Part shown: piece by piece, positions 7,264 through 16,488 of the stretch
Position numbering within the stretch: position 1 is the stretch's first letter
How the letters are laid out: every line of letters starts with the position of its first letter
Assembly: GCA_050298055.1 (NCBI GenBank)
Contig: JBNKTL010000014.1
Span: forward strand, 73,197-93,667
Direction of reading: 5' to 3'
Length of the DNA stretch: 20,471 bases
DNA from: Spirochaetota bacterium
GTDB taxonomy: Bacteria > Spirochaetota > UBA4802 > UBA5550
Position numbers and translations under genes: made by a program
The notes under the pieces: generated by a model
What the model was told of the DNA's origin: nothing
Seen by the model: the letters and a program-made list of their open reading frames with translations, nothing else
Databases searched by the model: none

Positions 7264-9663
7264 ATGAAAGGTCCCGTATCATACATCGTATACCTCTATT
7301 TCAGGCTTTCTTTCATCAGGAAACTTGTCTGGGGGCTTCTCCTCTTCCTGGTATTTTCCGTAGTCTCTGTGGTTATGTTCTCAAGCAGCAGAATCTCTTC
7401 CCGGCCAATCGGATGGGAAAGAACATTTTATATCTCCGGCAGGGAGGTGGCTGCAAAGAATATCAAACTGGCAGCCAGCGGTAATTTCGTTGCCATCACT
7501 TTCCAGGGACGCCATGAGGGTAAGGCCGGGATCTATGTTTCGGTATCATTTAACAGGGGGAGCAGGTTTCTCGCCCCGGTGAAGATAGCAGAGCTGAGTT
7601 CAGATGTGCAGGGATACCCGGTTATTGCAATATCGGGCAGGGGGGAGCTTACTGTCGCATGGCAGGATATGGTTCAAACAGAATTGACAAACAGACTTTT
7701 CAGTGCCCTGTCAACAGATTTTGGCGCCAACTGGACAAAGCCCCAGCAGGTGTATATTGCTTACGAGATGGAAATGCTTCCAAGAATATTCTATGATAAC
7801 CGTAACCGGATGCACCTCTTTTTTCACGGTTTAAAAGAAAAGTCCTTTGTCCTCTATCATGCAATCAGGGAGAGTAACGGCAAATATGATGTTACCGGCG
7901 AGGTCATGGATCTGGACGAGAACATGAGGGGGGCTTTTTTCCCTGCAATATACTTTGCCGGGAACAATATCTTCATGGTCTGGCAGGGGAAAGGACAGGA
8001 TTTTTCCGATGATCTCTTTTTTATGAAATCTGAAAGTTACGGAGACAGCTGGAGTTCTCCCGTGAGGATAACTCAGAGCAAGGCAAACGACGCATCCCCG
8101 TCTCTGATCTTAAAGGATGATACCCTCTATGTGGTCTACAGAAATAATGACAGCAGAAACTGGAGAATTAGCATGCTCCGGGGATTTGCCTATGGTGAGG
8201 TATGGGAAACAAAACCTCTTGTCATATCAGAAACCAATGCGGATTGTTATGCGCCTGATATTGTTTATTCAAAGAACATGCTTTACATTGTATGGTACGA
8301 TTCCCGGGAGAGAAATACGGGTATCTACTCACGCAAATTTGACACCAGGGAGATGAAACTTACAGATGAAGTAAAACTTTCTTCAGGCAGATCCTCAGCC
8401 AGGAATCCGGAGCTTATATCAATAAGAGACAAGGTTGTGGTTTTCTGGGAGGAAGCATCAAGGATAGCTGCCAAGTATAATGATATTTACGTTGCAGCAC
8501 CTCTCGTCTATTCCTCTACGCACCCGGCCGGGCAGTGGTCAACGAAATCGGTGGCAGTGATCAGGTGGAAACCGCCGGCTGATGAATCGGGTATTGTAGG
8601 CTACGCAACCCTGGTTAACAGATCTTCTGATATGGCAAGGGTTGAGGATATCAATCCCACCATCCAGAATGTTAATGCAAATATTACCAGGAGGGTGATT
8701 CCTTCTCTCGAGGATGGTGTTGCCTATTTTCACATAAGGGCCATAGACGGCTCCGGTAACTTCAGCCGGACAATTCATTACAGGATTCAGGTAAGCGCAA
8801 ATCCGCTGCCAATTCCTGTTATTGTATCACCCACACATAAACTGGGAAAAGCCGCGGACTCAAATGCTCCAAAGTTCAAATGGGCCATGGATCATACTGA
8901 AAGACTTAAGGGCTTTCTCTACAGCCTGTCAAAAGACGGAGGGAAACCGCCTGATAAATTCACAACAGATTTTAGCACAGGGTTCAAGGGGCTTGAGAAA
9001 GGAAGATACTTCTTTTCCCTGACCGCAATCAATAAGACAAACATGAAAAGCAGAGTTGCCATTTATCCGTTCATTGTGGGGGGAAGCGGTGAGATAGATA
9101 TTGCTGATCTTAAAAATCTTGGAAGAAAGGATATTTCGTACAGGGAGAAGATAATACCTGTAGTCCTTCAACCTGAGATTTCAGTATCATTTCCCTTTAA
9201 TCCTAAAGAATCCTATAACAAAGACAGCTTTAACGCGATTATTGAAACCATGAATCTGCCGGAGGAGAGAATCCTCGGGTATTCAATACTTATTGACAGT
9301 AAAAAAAGTGAACTGAGAAACAGGATCAACCATAAGAGTAAAATCATGAATGTAGAGGGCCTGAAAAACGGGATCTGCACAATTGGAGTGAAAGCGAAAT
9401 ATTATAAAATCATCAGGGGGAAAAGGAACTATTTCTGGACAAAACCGTATTTCCAGCAGATACGTGTTGATATACTTCCCGAGCTTTCACCGGTTGAATA
9501 TTATACAGGTGTAATTATTAAGAAAATATCGGAAAAATCCACAGCGGTTATCTCTCTTATTGCAGGTCTCCTGGTATTTATCTCGGTCCTCGGTTTTGGC
9601 GGTAAAATTGTGTTCTTTACAAGGCTTTTGCAGTACAGGTTTAAAACTCTGCTCAGGCTTTGA
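7264..9663 (+). CDS. Membrane-anchored Asp-box (BNR/sialidase-like) beta-propeller protein with FN3-like repeats
   Basis: N-terminal TM (LVWGLLLFLVFSVVSVVMF); Asp-box-like motifs SFNRGSRF, STDFGANW, SESYGDSW; FN3-like segments (WKPPADESGIVGY, YFHIRAIDGSGN, repeated SSTH/SPTH); C-terminal TM (AVISLIAGLLVFISVLGF). Confidence 0.8.
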   Translation: MKGPVSYIVYLYFRLSFIRKLVWGLLLFLVFSVVSVVMFSSSRISSRPIGWERTFYISGREVAAKNIKLAASGNFVAITFQGRHEGKAGIYVSVSFNRGSRFLAPVKIAELSSDVQGYPVIAISGRGELTVAWQDMVQTELTNRLFSALSTDFGANWTKPQQVYIAYEMEMLPRIFYDNRNRMHLFFHGLKEKSFVLYHAIRESNGKYDVTGEVMDLDENMRGAFFPAIYFAGNNIFMVWQGKGQDFSDDLFFMKSESYGDSWSSPVRITQSKANDASPSLILKDDTLYVVYRNNDSRNWRISMLRGFAYGEVWETKPLVISETNADCYAPDIVYSKNMLYIVWYDSRERNTGIYSRKFDTREMKLTDEVKLSSGRSSARNPELISIRDKVVVFWEEASRIAAKYNDIYVAAPLVYSSTHPAGQWSTKSVAVIRWKPPADESGIVGYATLVNRSSDMARVEDINPTIQNVNANITRRVIPSLEDGVAYFHIRAIDGSGNFSRTIHYRIQVSANPLPIPVIVSPTHKLGKAADSNAPKFKWAMDHTERLKGFLYSLSKDGGKPPDKFTTDFSTGFKGLEKGRYFFSLTAINKTNMKSRVAIYPFIVGGSGEIDIADLKNLGRKDISYREKIIPVVLQPEISVSFPFNPKESYNKDSFNAIIETMNLPEERILGYSILIDSKKSELRNRINHKSKIMNVEGLKNGICTIGVKAKYYKIIRGKRNYFWTKPYFQQIRVDILPELSPVEYYTGVIIKKISEKSTAVISLIAGLLVFISVLGFGGKIVFFTRLLQYRFKTLLRL

Positions 9664-9693
9664 TTGACTGATGTTTATAAAAATGCAGTATAT

Positions 9694-9830
9694 CCGAAAT
9701 TTTAGCTATATTGCAAAGAATAAATGCATTTACTAAAATGTGAACAATATCCCCGCCACCTTCGGCGGCGGGACATATCAGTTTGGTTTTAATGAATATG
9801 ATTTTTCTTATACTCAGCTTGAGTCATTGC
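9694..9830 (-). mobile_element. Degenerate inverted second copy of the MITE-like element
   Basis: Aligns end to end with the reverse complement of 7016-7153. Core CCCCGCCACCTTCGGCGGCGGG (9751-9772) is 21/22 identical; TGAATATGATTTTTCTTATAC matches TGAAAATGATTATTCCTATAC; eroded TIR TTGAGTCATTGC (9819-9830); TTAGCTATATTGCAAA matches TCAGCTGTATAACAAA. Left boundary approximate. Confidence 0.75.
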
Positions 9831-9908
9831 AAATTATTACTCATTGATGAAACAAAAGAGAATAAAAACAGGTCATATGATAAATAATGTGTTATTAATA
9901 TAACAGTC

Positions 9909-11909
9909 ATGACAATAACCGGAAAAAAAATATCAGGGATTTTTTTGACTCTCTCTTTTTCTCTGGGGAGCAGTCATCCCATTTATTCTCAGAGTATAAA
10001 CCAGATAGACAGGGAAGCTGAATCTTATTTTGAAAAGAAGGATTTCAGCAAAGCAATAGGCCTCTGGTTGAGTATTCTGGATACTGATCCTGAGAATGAT
10101 AAGATTCAGAAAAAGATTGAGATGATATACGAACTGAAGCAGAGGAAGGATATGGAGCTTCAGAAGTCAAAGATCAACTACAAAATCGCCCGGAAGTCCC
10201 TGACCAAACTTCAGAAAGATGAAGACATGAGCGATGATGAAACTGAAAAAACCCTGGGCACAACTGTTAAGAGATCATCAATTGCCATCAATAGCTTCAT
10301 AACTGCCTACCGCATCGATCCTAAAGACCCGGTATTTACAGAGATGAAGGAAGAGATGAGACGCCTTGAAGCAGAAGTGAAGGCTGAACAGGAGAAGGAC
10401 AGGCTCTCACGGGCCCTGAAAAAGAAAAACCTCAGCCTCAGGAAGCTCGCTAAAGAACTCATGGCCAAAGAGCTTTATGACCAGGCGCTTGTGCATTGGA
10501 AGGAGATACTCTCCTTCCTGCCTAAAGACAAGATCGCGAAGGAAGGCGCCAGGAAATGTACTCTGGCCATTGAAAACAGGATCAAATTTGAAAGGATAAG
10601 AACTATTATGGTTGCCGGCAAGGCCTTTTTCGACCAGAAAAAATATAATGAGGCCAAGCTTGAGTTTGTCCAGGTTTTAAATATTGACCCTGAGAATGAG
10701 GATGCGAAGGATTATATAGAAACGATTGATGGTAAACTTGAAGAAATAAGGAACTATGAGCAGACAAAACTCCAGGCTGAGGATGCCTATGTTTCGGGGA
10801 TAAACAACCTGAAAAGTAACAGGTTCGATCAGGCGCGGGAGGATTTTGAGAGTGCCCTGGCTCTCATCAGCGGTTACAAGGATTCAAAACAGAGGCTGGA
10901 AAGCATAGACAGGCTCAGGGAAGAGTATGAGAAAAGGCAAAAGGAGGAGAGACTTAACAGGATCAATGCTGAATTCCAGAACGGGCTCATCGCGCTCTCC
11001 GAGGGAAACTACAAGGGTGCGATTGTGGCATTTGAGAAGACCCTTTCTCTCGACAAGGACAATTCACGGGCCAGGGAGTATATAAAAAGGGCAAAGGACG
11101 CTGTGAGACAGATAGAGGAGGAGAAGGTTGATGAAAATTCCCCCTACTTCAGCATCATCCAGCCTGTTATATTGTCCGGCAAGCAGCTTTACGAAAAGGG
11201 CAAGTATTATGAATCCAGAAAGAAGTGGGACCAGATACTCCGTCTTTTCCCGAAAAACAGGATTGCGCTTGACTATTCCATACGGATTGATATCAGGTTA
11301 AAACCAGGTTCTGAAGGGAGGTTTCTCAAAAAGTTTATGAAAGAGGGAAGGGAACTGCTCGCTAAACGGGATTACAGGAACGCGTTGAGAAAATTTGAGC
11401 TGATTAAATCTCTCTCCCCCGGATATCCAGGCATTGATGCGCTTCTCAAAAGGGCGGGTAAAGCCACAAAAGAAACAACCGTTGCCACGGTTCTGAGCGG
11501 CAACAGGAAGGTTACCCTCTCTACCGCTGACAGGACGGACCTCAACCGGCGCTATAACCTCGGGATTGCTCTTTTTAAGAGAGGGGGGAGGCGGAATATC
11601 GAGAGGGCGCTTGCCCAGTTCAGGTATGTTGTTCAGAGGGACCCCAATAATGTCAAAGCGATTATAGGGGTCAACAGGATTGAGTCGCAATTGAGAGCGG
11701 GCAGTGGTCATGCAGTTGCAAGAACCACCCGGCTTACGCCGGAGCAAAGTGCAAAAGCCAGAAAGCACTACTACAGGGGAATTAATTATTATTCTAACAA
11801 CAATTTCAGGCTCGCAGTAAGTGAGTGGAGGAAAGTCCTGCTGATAGATCCCAATCACATAAAAGCAAAAAACAATATAAGAAAAGTCATGGCCTTCATG
11901 AGCAGGTAG
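9909..11909 (+). CDS. Exported tetratricopeptide repeat (TPR) protein
   Basis: Signal-peptide-like N-terminus (…SHPIYSQ); many TPR units (AKLEFVQVLNIDPENEDAK, AIVAFEKTLSLDKDNSRAR, AVSEWRKVLLIDPNHIKAK) separated by coiled coils. Confidence 0.9.
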   Translation: MTITGKKISGIFLTLSFSLGSSHPIYSQSINQIDREAESYFEKKDFSKAIGLWLSILDTDPENDKIQKKIEMIYELKQRKDMELQKSKINYKIARKSLTKLQKDEDMSDDETEKTLGTTVKRSSIAINSFITAYRIDPKDPVFTEMKEEMRRLEAEVKAEQEKDRLSRALKKKNLSLRKLAKELMAKELYDQALVHWKEILSFLPKDKIAKEGARKCTLAIENRIKFERIRTIMVAGKAFFDQKKYNEAKLEFVQVLNIDPENEDAKDYIETIDGKLEEIRNYEQTKLQAEDAYVSGINNLKSNRFDQAREDFESALALISGYKDSKQRLESIDRLREEYEKRQKEERLNRINAEFQNGLIALSEGNYKGAIVAFEKTLSLDKDNSRAREYIKRAKDAVRQIEEEKVDENSPYFSIIQPVILSGKQLYEKGKYYESRKKWDQILRLFPKNRIALDYSIRIDIRLKPGSEGRFLKKFMKEGRELLAKRDYRNALRKFELIKSLSPGYPGIDALLKRAGKATKETTVATVLSGNRKVTLSTADRTDLNRRYNLGIALFKRGGRRNIERALAQFRYVVQRDPNNVKAIIGVNRIESQLRAGSGHAVARTTRLTPEQSAKARKHYYRGINYYSNNNFRLAVSEWRKVLLIDPNHIKAKNNIRKVMAFMSR

Positions 11910-11913
11910 ACAG

Positions 11914-13581
11914 ATGAATAAAAAAGTCAAAGAGAACGGTAAAAGCGAAGCGAAAGAGAAGGGAACACCTCCAAAGAAATCCCGGGTGAAGTTCAGTATT
12001 AAGTATAAGGTGTCTCTTGCCATCATAGCACTGGTTTCACTTATTATTGGTTCATTTACTTTTTATACAATCAAAAGTGAAAGTGAAATCCTTGAGCAGC
12101 AGGTATTCCAGTTCGTTGAAAGGGAGCTTGTGCACCTTGGGAATACTGCAGGGGCCTCTATCGGGATCGATGATATCGCCCTGGTCAACTCAATAAATGA
12201 TTTGAGACAGTTTCCCTATATCAGGTATGCCTATGTCCTGAACAAAAGGAATCCGAGGCGGGATGAGAGTGGACTGAACCGGGACAACATTATCATACAG
12301 CATTTTGACAGGAACAGAAAAATCAATCCCGGTGATGTTCTTGATGATAAAATTGACAGGAGCTTTGATAAAATTGTAAAAAAAATCCGGGAAAGTGAGA
12401 AGGAAAATCCCGGTGAGAAAAAGAAAAAGACCGAAACCAGGATAAAGGCCAGGGTGTTTAAATATAACGATCCCATTGATAAATCGGGTTTGCTCTATGA
12501 CTTCTCCCTGCCGGTGATTAACAGGTTTACAAAAACACAGATAGCCACCGTTGCCGTAGGACTGTCGGATATTGTCATCAGGCAGGAGATAAAGAAGATG
12601 ATAAAAGTCATTGCTCCTATGTCACTTGTCATCCTTATCCTGGCAATTGCCGGTTCGGTAGGACTCACCCTTCTTATTATTAAACCTATCAGAACAATAT
12701 CAAAAGGCGCGTCGATAATCGGGCATGGGAACCTTGACCACAGGATTGAAATTAAATCCAGCGATGAACTCGGACAGCTCGCGTCGGAGTTTAACGAGAT
12801 GACAGCACAGATTAAGGATGCAAAGGAGAAGGAGATCGAGTCGAGGATCATGGATGAGCAGCTTGAAACGGCGAAGGACATCCAGGAAGGCCTCAACCCA
12901 ATGGGTTACTACAAGAAAAACGGTATACAGATCAAGGGCTTTACCCGGGCAGCCAAAGGTGTGGGCGGCGACTATTTTGACTATATTGATATTGATGAGA
13001 ATAAGGTGGGAGCGTTGATCAGTGATGTGTCGGGTAAAGGTATCCCCGCTTCACTGGTTATGGTCATGATCCGTACTGTATTTACCACCTACGTAAGCAG
13101 GAAGGGAGTTGACTGCTCACAGGTTGTGTCGGCCATTAACGATTCACTCAGTGCTGATTTTGCCATTGATAAATTTGCCACACTCTTTTTTATGATATAT
13201 GACAGAAGTACCGGCGAACTTTCCTTTTCAAACGCGGGTCACGGACCACTCTTCTGTTTCAGGGCATCAAAGAACGCCTGTACAAATACAAAACTGGACG
13301 GTGTTCCAATTGGCATTATGGAGGATGTTGTGTACCTGCAGGCGAAAGTCAAACTTGATCCCGGGGACATTGTTATGATGTATACTGACGGCGTTACTGA
13401 GATGAGGAATGCTGCCAAGGAGGAGTTCGGGATCAACAGGGTGAAAAAATTCCTGACAAATAACTACCGGATGAATGCCAATGAACTGGTTGAACGGCTT
13501 GTTCAGGAAGTAGATGATTTCAGGGGAGATGTCCCACCGCACGACGACGAAACCATGCTGGTATTCAAGAGGGAGTCTTAG
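11914..13581 (+). CDS. Membrane-bound HAMP + SpoIIE/RsbU-type PP2C serine phosphatase
   Basis: Two TM helices around an extracytoplasmic sensor region; HAMP (KPIRTISKGASIIGHGNLDHRIEIKSSDELGQLASEFNEM); PP2C motifs VGGDYFD, ISDVSGKG, NAGH, YTDGVTE, DDETML. Starts 4 nt after the TPR gene stop. Confidence 0.95.
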   Translation: MNKKVKENGKSEAKEKGTPPKKSRVKFSIKYKVSLAIIALVSLIIGSFTFYTIKSESEILEQQVFQFVERELVHLGNTAGASIGIDDIALVNSINDLRQFPYIRYAYVLNKRNPRRDESGLNRDNIIIQHFDRNRKINPGDVLDDKIDRSFDKIVKKIRESEKENPGEKKKKTETRIKARVFKYNDPIDKSGLLYDFSLPVINRFTKTQIATVAVGLSDIVIRQEIKKMIKVIAPMSLVILILAIAGSVGLTLLIIKPIRTISKGASIIGHGNLDHRIEIKSSDELGQLASEFNEMTAQIKDAKEKEIESRIMDEQLETAKDIQEGLNPMGYYKKNGIQIKGFTRAAKGVGGDYFDYIDIDENKVGALISDVSGKGIPASLVMVMIRTVFTTYVSRKGVDCSQVVSAINDSLSADFAIDKFATLFFMIYDRSTGELSFSNAGHGPLFCFRASKNACTNTKLDGVPIGIMEDVVYLQAKVKLDPGDIVMMYTDGVTEMRNAAKEEFGINRVKKFLTNNYRMNANELVERLVQEVDDFRGDVPPHDDETMLVFKRES

Positions 13582-13901
13582 ATCAACTCATCCTCGGATT
13601 CATATATTTTAAAAAACTTGTCGAGGGTTGCCAGCTTGAGAATATTCAGGACATCATCGTGGATGTTCATAAGAGCGAACTTGCCGTTGTGCGCCTTCAT
13701 CTTCTTCTGACCTGCAACAAGGGCCCCGATACCCGATGAATCCATGTAGTTGACATACTGCATATCAACCACGACACTCTGGTGTGAACCGTCTGTAACG
13801 CTGAAAAGGGCTTTTTTCAGTTCACTAACATTATAAAGATCAACTTCTCCACTTACCTCAATGATTTTATGTTCACCATGATCTTTGAATTCTATATCCA
13901 T
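13578..13901 (-). CDS. STAS-domain anti-sigma factor antagonist (RsbV/SpoIIAA family)
   Basis: GEVDLYN and VDMQYVNYMDSSGIGALV with the phosphorylatable Ser. The second ATG (13901) is preferred over 13907 because AGGAG lies 6 nt upstream of it. Confidence 0.93.
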   Translation of the reverse strand: MDIEFKDHGEHKIIEVSGEVDLYNVSELKKALFSVTDGSHQSVVVDMQYVNYMDSSGIGALVAGQKKMKAHNGKFALMNIHDDVLNILKLATLDKFFKIYESEDELI

Positions 13902-14042
13902 CTCCATCTCCTAATGTAGTGAGAAGTATTTCTTATTTAATTGGTAAAGCCAAGTGCATCAATATCTACCTGCACTTTCCGCCTATTCTGCGTTAAGAGA
14001 AAAAAACGATTTTTTTTAATTCCCCTTTCAACGTTAGTATGT

Positions 14043-14071
14043 AATTTAATAATTATTTGTTTCTTTGTAAA
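14043..14071 (-). promoter_or_regulatory. Candidate sigma70-type promoter for the STAS gene
   Basis: On the minus strand: TTTACA-17 nt-TAAATT. The region is AT-rich, so a chance match is possible. Confidence 0.3.
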
Positions 14072-14118
14072 GTAAAAAATTTGTAACGACCCGGCTATTT
14101 AATTAAATATTCTGCACA

Positions 14119-15315
14119 TCATTTTCTCAGCATACCTTCAACCCGTGCCGGCAGTCCGAATATCCTTATAAAGCCTGTTGCATCCTTTTGGTCATAAAGC
14201 GTACTTTCATCAAATGTGGCCATGTCCGTATTGTATAATGTTTCCGGTGATTTTCTTCCAATAACCGTACAGTTGCCCTTGTAGAGCTTCATCTTTACAC
14301 TGCCGGTTACTTTCTCCTGTGTCTTATCTATCAATGCATCCAGGGCTTTTTTCTTGTTTGAAAACCAGAGACCGTTATAGACCAGGGTCGCGTATTCCCC
14401 TGCCAGCCGGTCCTTCAGATGCTGAGTGTCTCTGTCCAGGGTAATTGATTCAAGATCTCTATGCGCTGTTAAAAGAATCGTTCCCGCCGGTGTCTCATAG
14501 ACGCCCCTTGATTTTATACCCACAAGTCTGTTTTCTACGATATCTATCCTGCCGATACCGTTTTCTCCGGCAATCCTGTTGAGATTTTTCATGAGCTCTA
14601 CAGGCCCGGGTTTTTTCCCGTCAATGGAAGTGGGAATACCCTTTTCAAACTCAATTTCAATGATAAGCGGCTTATCGGGTGCTTTTTCCGGTGATTTTGT
14701 AAGGAGGAACATATCTTCATCCGGTTCATGGTACGGGTCTTCCAGTATGCCTCCCTCATAGGAAATGTGAAGGATATTTCTGTCCATACTGTACGGTTTG
14801 TCCTTGGTAACAGGGAGGGGGATATTATGTTTCTGCGCGTAATCGAACAGTTTGTTCCTGGAGTTCAGGTCCCATATCCTCCACGGGGCGATGATATTCA
14901 AATGCGGTGCAAGTGACATGAAGGCCATCTCGAACCGGACCTGGTCATTGCCTTTTCCCGTTGCCCCATGGCACACGGCATCTGCTCCTTCGGCCAGTGC
15001 AATTTCCACCTGTTTTTTTGCAATGACCGGTCTTGCAAGGGATGTCCCCAGGAGGTACCTGTCCTCATAAATAGCATTTGCCTTTATTGCCTGGAATATA
15101 TAGTCCCTGACAAATTCTTCAGTAAGGTCTTCAATATAACATTTACTCGCGCCGGTTTTCAGGGCCTTATCTTCCAGTCCGTCAAGCTCTTCCTCCTGAC
15201 CAACATCAGCAGCATATGCGATAACTTCACACCCGTATGTTTCAACAAGCCACTTCAGGATAATTGATGTATCAAGTCCCCCGGAATATGCAAGTACGAC
15301 CTTTTTAATCTTCAT
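14119..15315 (-). CDS. argG: Argininosuccinate synthase
   Basis: [58 protein letters not shown] upstream. Confidence 0.99.
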   Translation of the reverse strand: MKIKKVVLAYSGGLDTSIILKWLVETYGCEVIAYAADVGQEEELDGLEDKALKTGASKCYIEDLTEEFVRDYIFQAIKANAIYEDRYLLGTSLARPVIAKKQVEIALAEGADAVCHGATGKGNDQVRFEMAFMSLAPHLNIIAPWRIWDLNSRNKLFDYAQKHNIPLPVTKDKPYSMDRNILHISYEGGILEDPYHEPDEDMFLLTKSPEKAPDKPLIIEIEFEKGIPTSIDGKKPGPVELMKNLNRIAGENGIGRIDIVENRLVGIKSRGVYETPAGTILLTAHRDLESITLDRDTQHLKDRLAGEYATLVYNGLWFSNKKKALDALIDKTQEKVTGSVKMKLYKGNCTVIGRKSPETLYNTDMATFDESTLYDQKDATGFIRIFGLPARVEGMLRK

Positions 15316-15355
15316 AACAAAACCTCAAAAATAGTCTAAATAAGAAAAAAAATTA

Positions 15356-15519
15356 GACGGGATTACAAGATTACAAGATTATTTTGCTCTAGAGATCCTG
15401 TAAATCAGAATTTATCCTTTTTTGAGATGTAGAGTAAAGTGAAATAAATATCTACTGGATTTAATTTTGATTAACAGGATGATAAAAAAATTCTATCCCT
15501 GTCATCCTGTTGTCCTGTC
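15356..15519. repeat. Nested imperfect palindrome made of 8-bp ACAGGAT-type units
   Basis: Outer arms GACGGGATTACAAGATTACAAGATT (15356-15380) and ATCCCTGTCATCCTGTTGTCCTGTC (15495-15519); inner arms ATCCTGTAAATCAGAATTTATCC (15395-15417) and GGATTTAATTTTGATTAACAGGAT (15457-15480). Confidence 0.75.
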
Positions 15520-15540
15520 GAAAATCTTTTAAGTTTGTGT

Positions 15541-16488
15541 TTATTCAGGATGAGACATCAACGCGCACATTATGGCTTTCTGCACATGCATTCTGTTTTC
15601 TGCCTGGTCAAAAATGATTGAGCTGTCAGATTCCATAACATCAGCATCAATCTCTTCACCTCTGTGGGCGGGGAGGCAGTGCATGACTTTACATCCTTCA
15701 TGGGCTTTTTTCACAAGATCCATTGTTATTTTGTAACCGGCAAAGTCATTCTTTCTTTTTTCTGATTCTTCTTCCTGTCCCATGCTTGTCCATACATCAG
15801 TATAGAGGTAGTCCGCTTCTTTTACGGCTGTATTGATATCGGTAGTAATAGTGATATCAGCTCCTGACTTCGAAGCATGTTTCAGGGCCTCGTCAACAAC
15901 ATCCTGAGACGGAGAATAACCCTCAGGTGAAGCAACAGAGATGTTTATTCCCAGGATGGCTGCTCCCAGGATCAGTGAATTTGATACATTGTTCCCGTCC
16001 CCGATATAAACAAGCCGTGTATTCGACATCTCCTTTTCCCTTTCATAGATGGTAAAGTAATCAGTCAGGGCCTGGCAGGGGTGAAAGGAATCGGTAAGCC
16101 CGTTCATAACAGGTATATTTGAATTTTCAGCAAGTGAAATAGCTTTTTCGTGTGAAAATGTCCTTATCATTATTCCGTCAACATACCGGGAAAGGACCTG
16201 TGCCGTATCAGAGAGTGATTCACCTCTTCCCGTATGGATATCATTTCCACTTAAAAAAAGCGCGTGTCCTCCCAGCTGCGCCATCCCCGTCTCAAATGAG
16301 ACCCTGGTCCTTGTGGAACTCTTTTCAAAGATCATAGCCAGGGTTTTTTTTTGGAGCAGGTCGTGATGAACCCCCTTTTTAAGATCCTTTTTGAGCTCTT
16401 CAGTGAGCCGGTAGAGACTGATTATCTCGTTTTTATCGAGGTCAGTAATTGTCAGGAGGTCTTTGGTTTTAAGCTTCGGGATTTTCAT
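15541..16488 (-). CDS. argF: Ornithine carbamoyltransferase
   Basis: FEKSSTRTR, HPCQ, TDVWTSMGQE, HCLP and QAENR motifs. Start moved to 16488 (MKIPKL), which has GGAGG upstream and overlaps the end of argD by 20 nt. Confidence 0.97.
   Translation of the reverse strand: MKIPKLKTKDLLTITDLDKNEIISLYRLTEELKKDLKKGVHHDLLQKKTLAMIFEKSSTRTRVSFETGMAQLGGHALFLSGNDIHTGRGESLSDTAQVLSRYVDGIMIRTFSHEKAISLAENSNIPVMNGLTDSFHPCQALTDYFTIYEREKEMSNTRLVYIGDGNNVSNSLILGAAILGINISVASPEGYSPSQDVVDEALKHASKSGADITITTDINTAVKEADYLYTDVWTSMGQEEESEKRKNDFAGYKITMDLVKKAHEGCKVMHCLPAHRGEEIDADVMESDSSIIFDQAENRMHVQKAIMCALMSHPE

Noticed and set aside
7264..9663. Calling the Asp-box protein a true sialidase
   Set aside because: Asp-box motifs occur in many non-sialidase propellers, and no FRIP/RIP motif was recognised.
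11298..12026. 242-aa minus-strand ORF
   Set aside because: Antisense to the TPR and PP2C genes; no recognisable domain.
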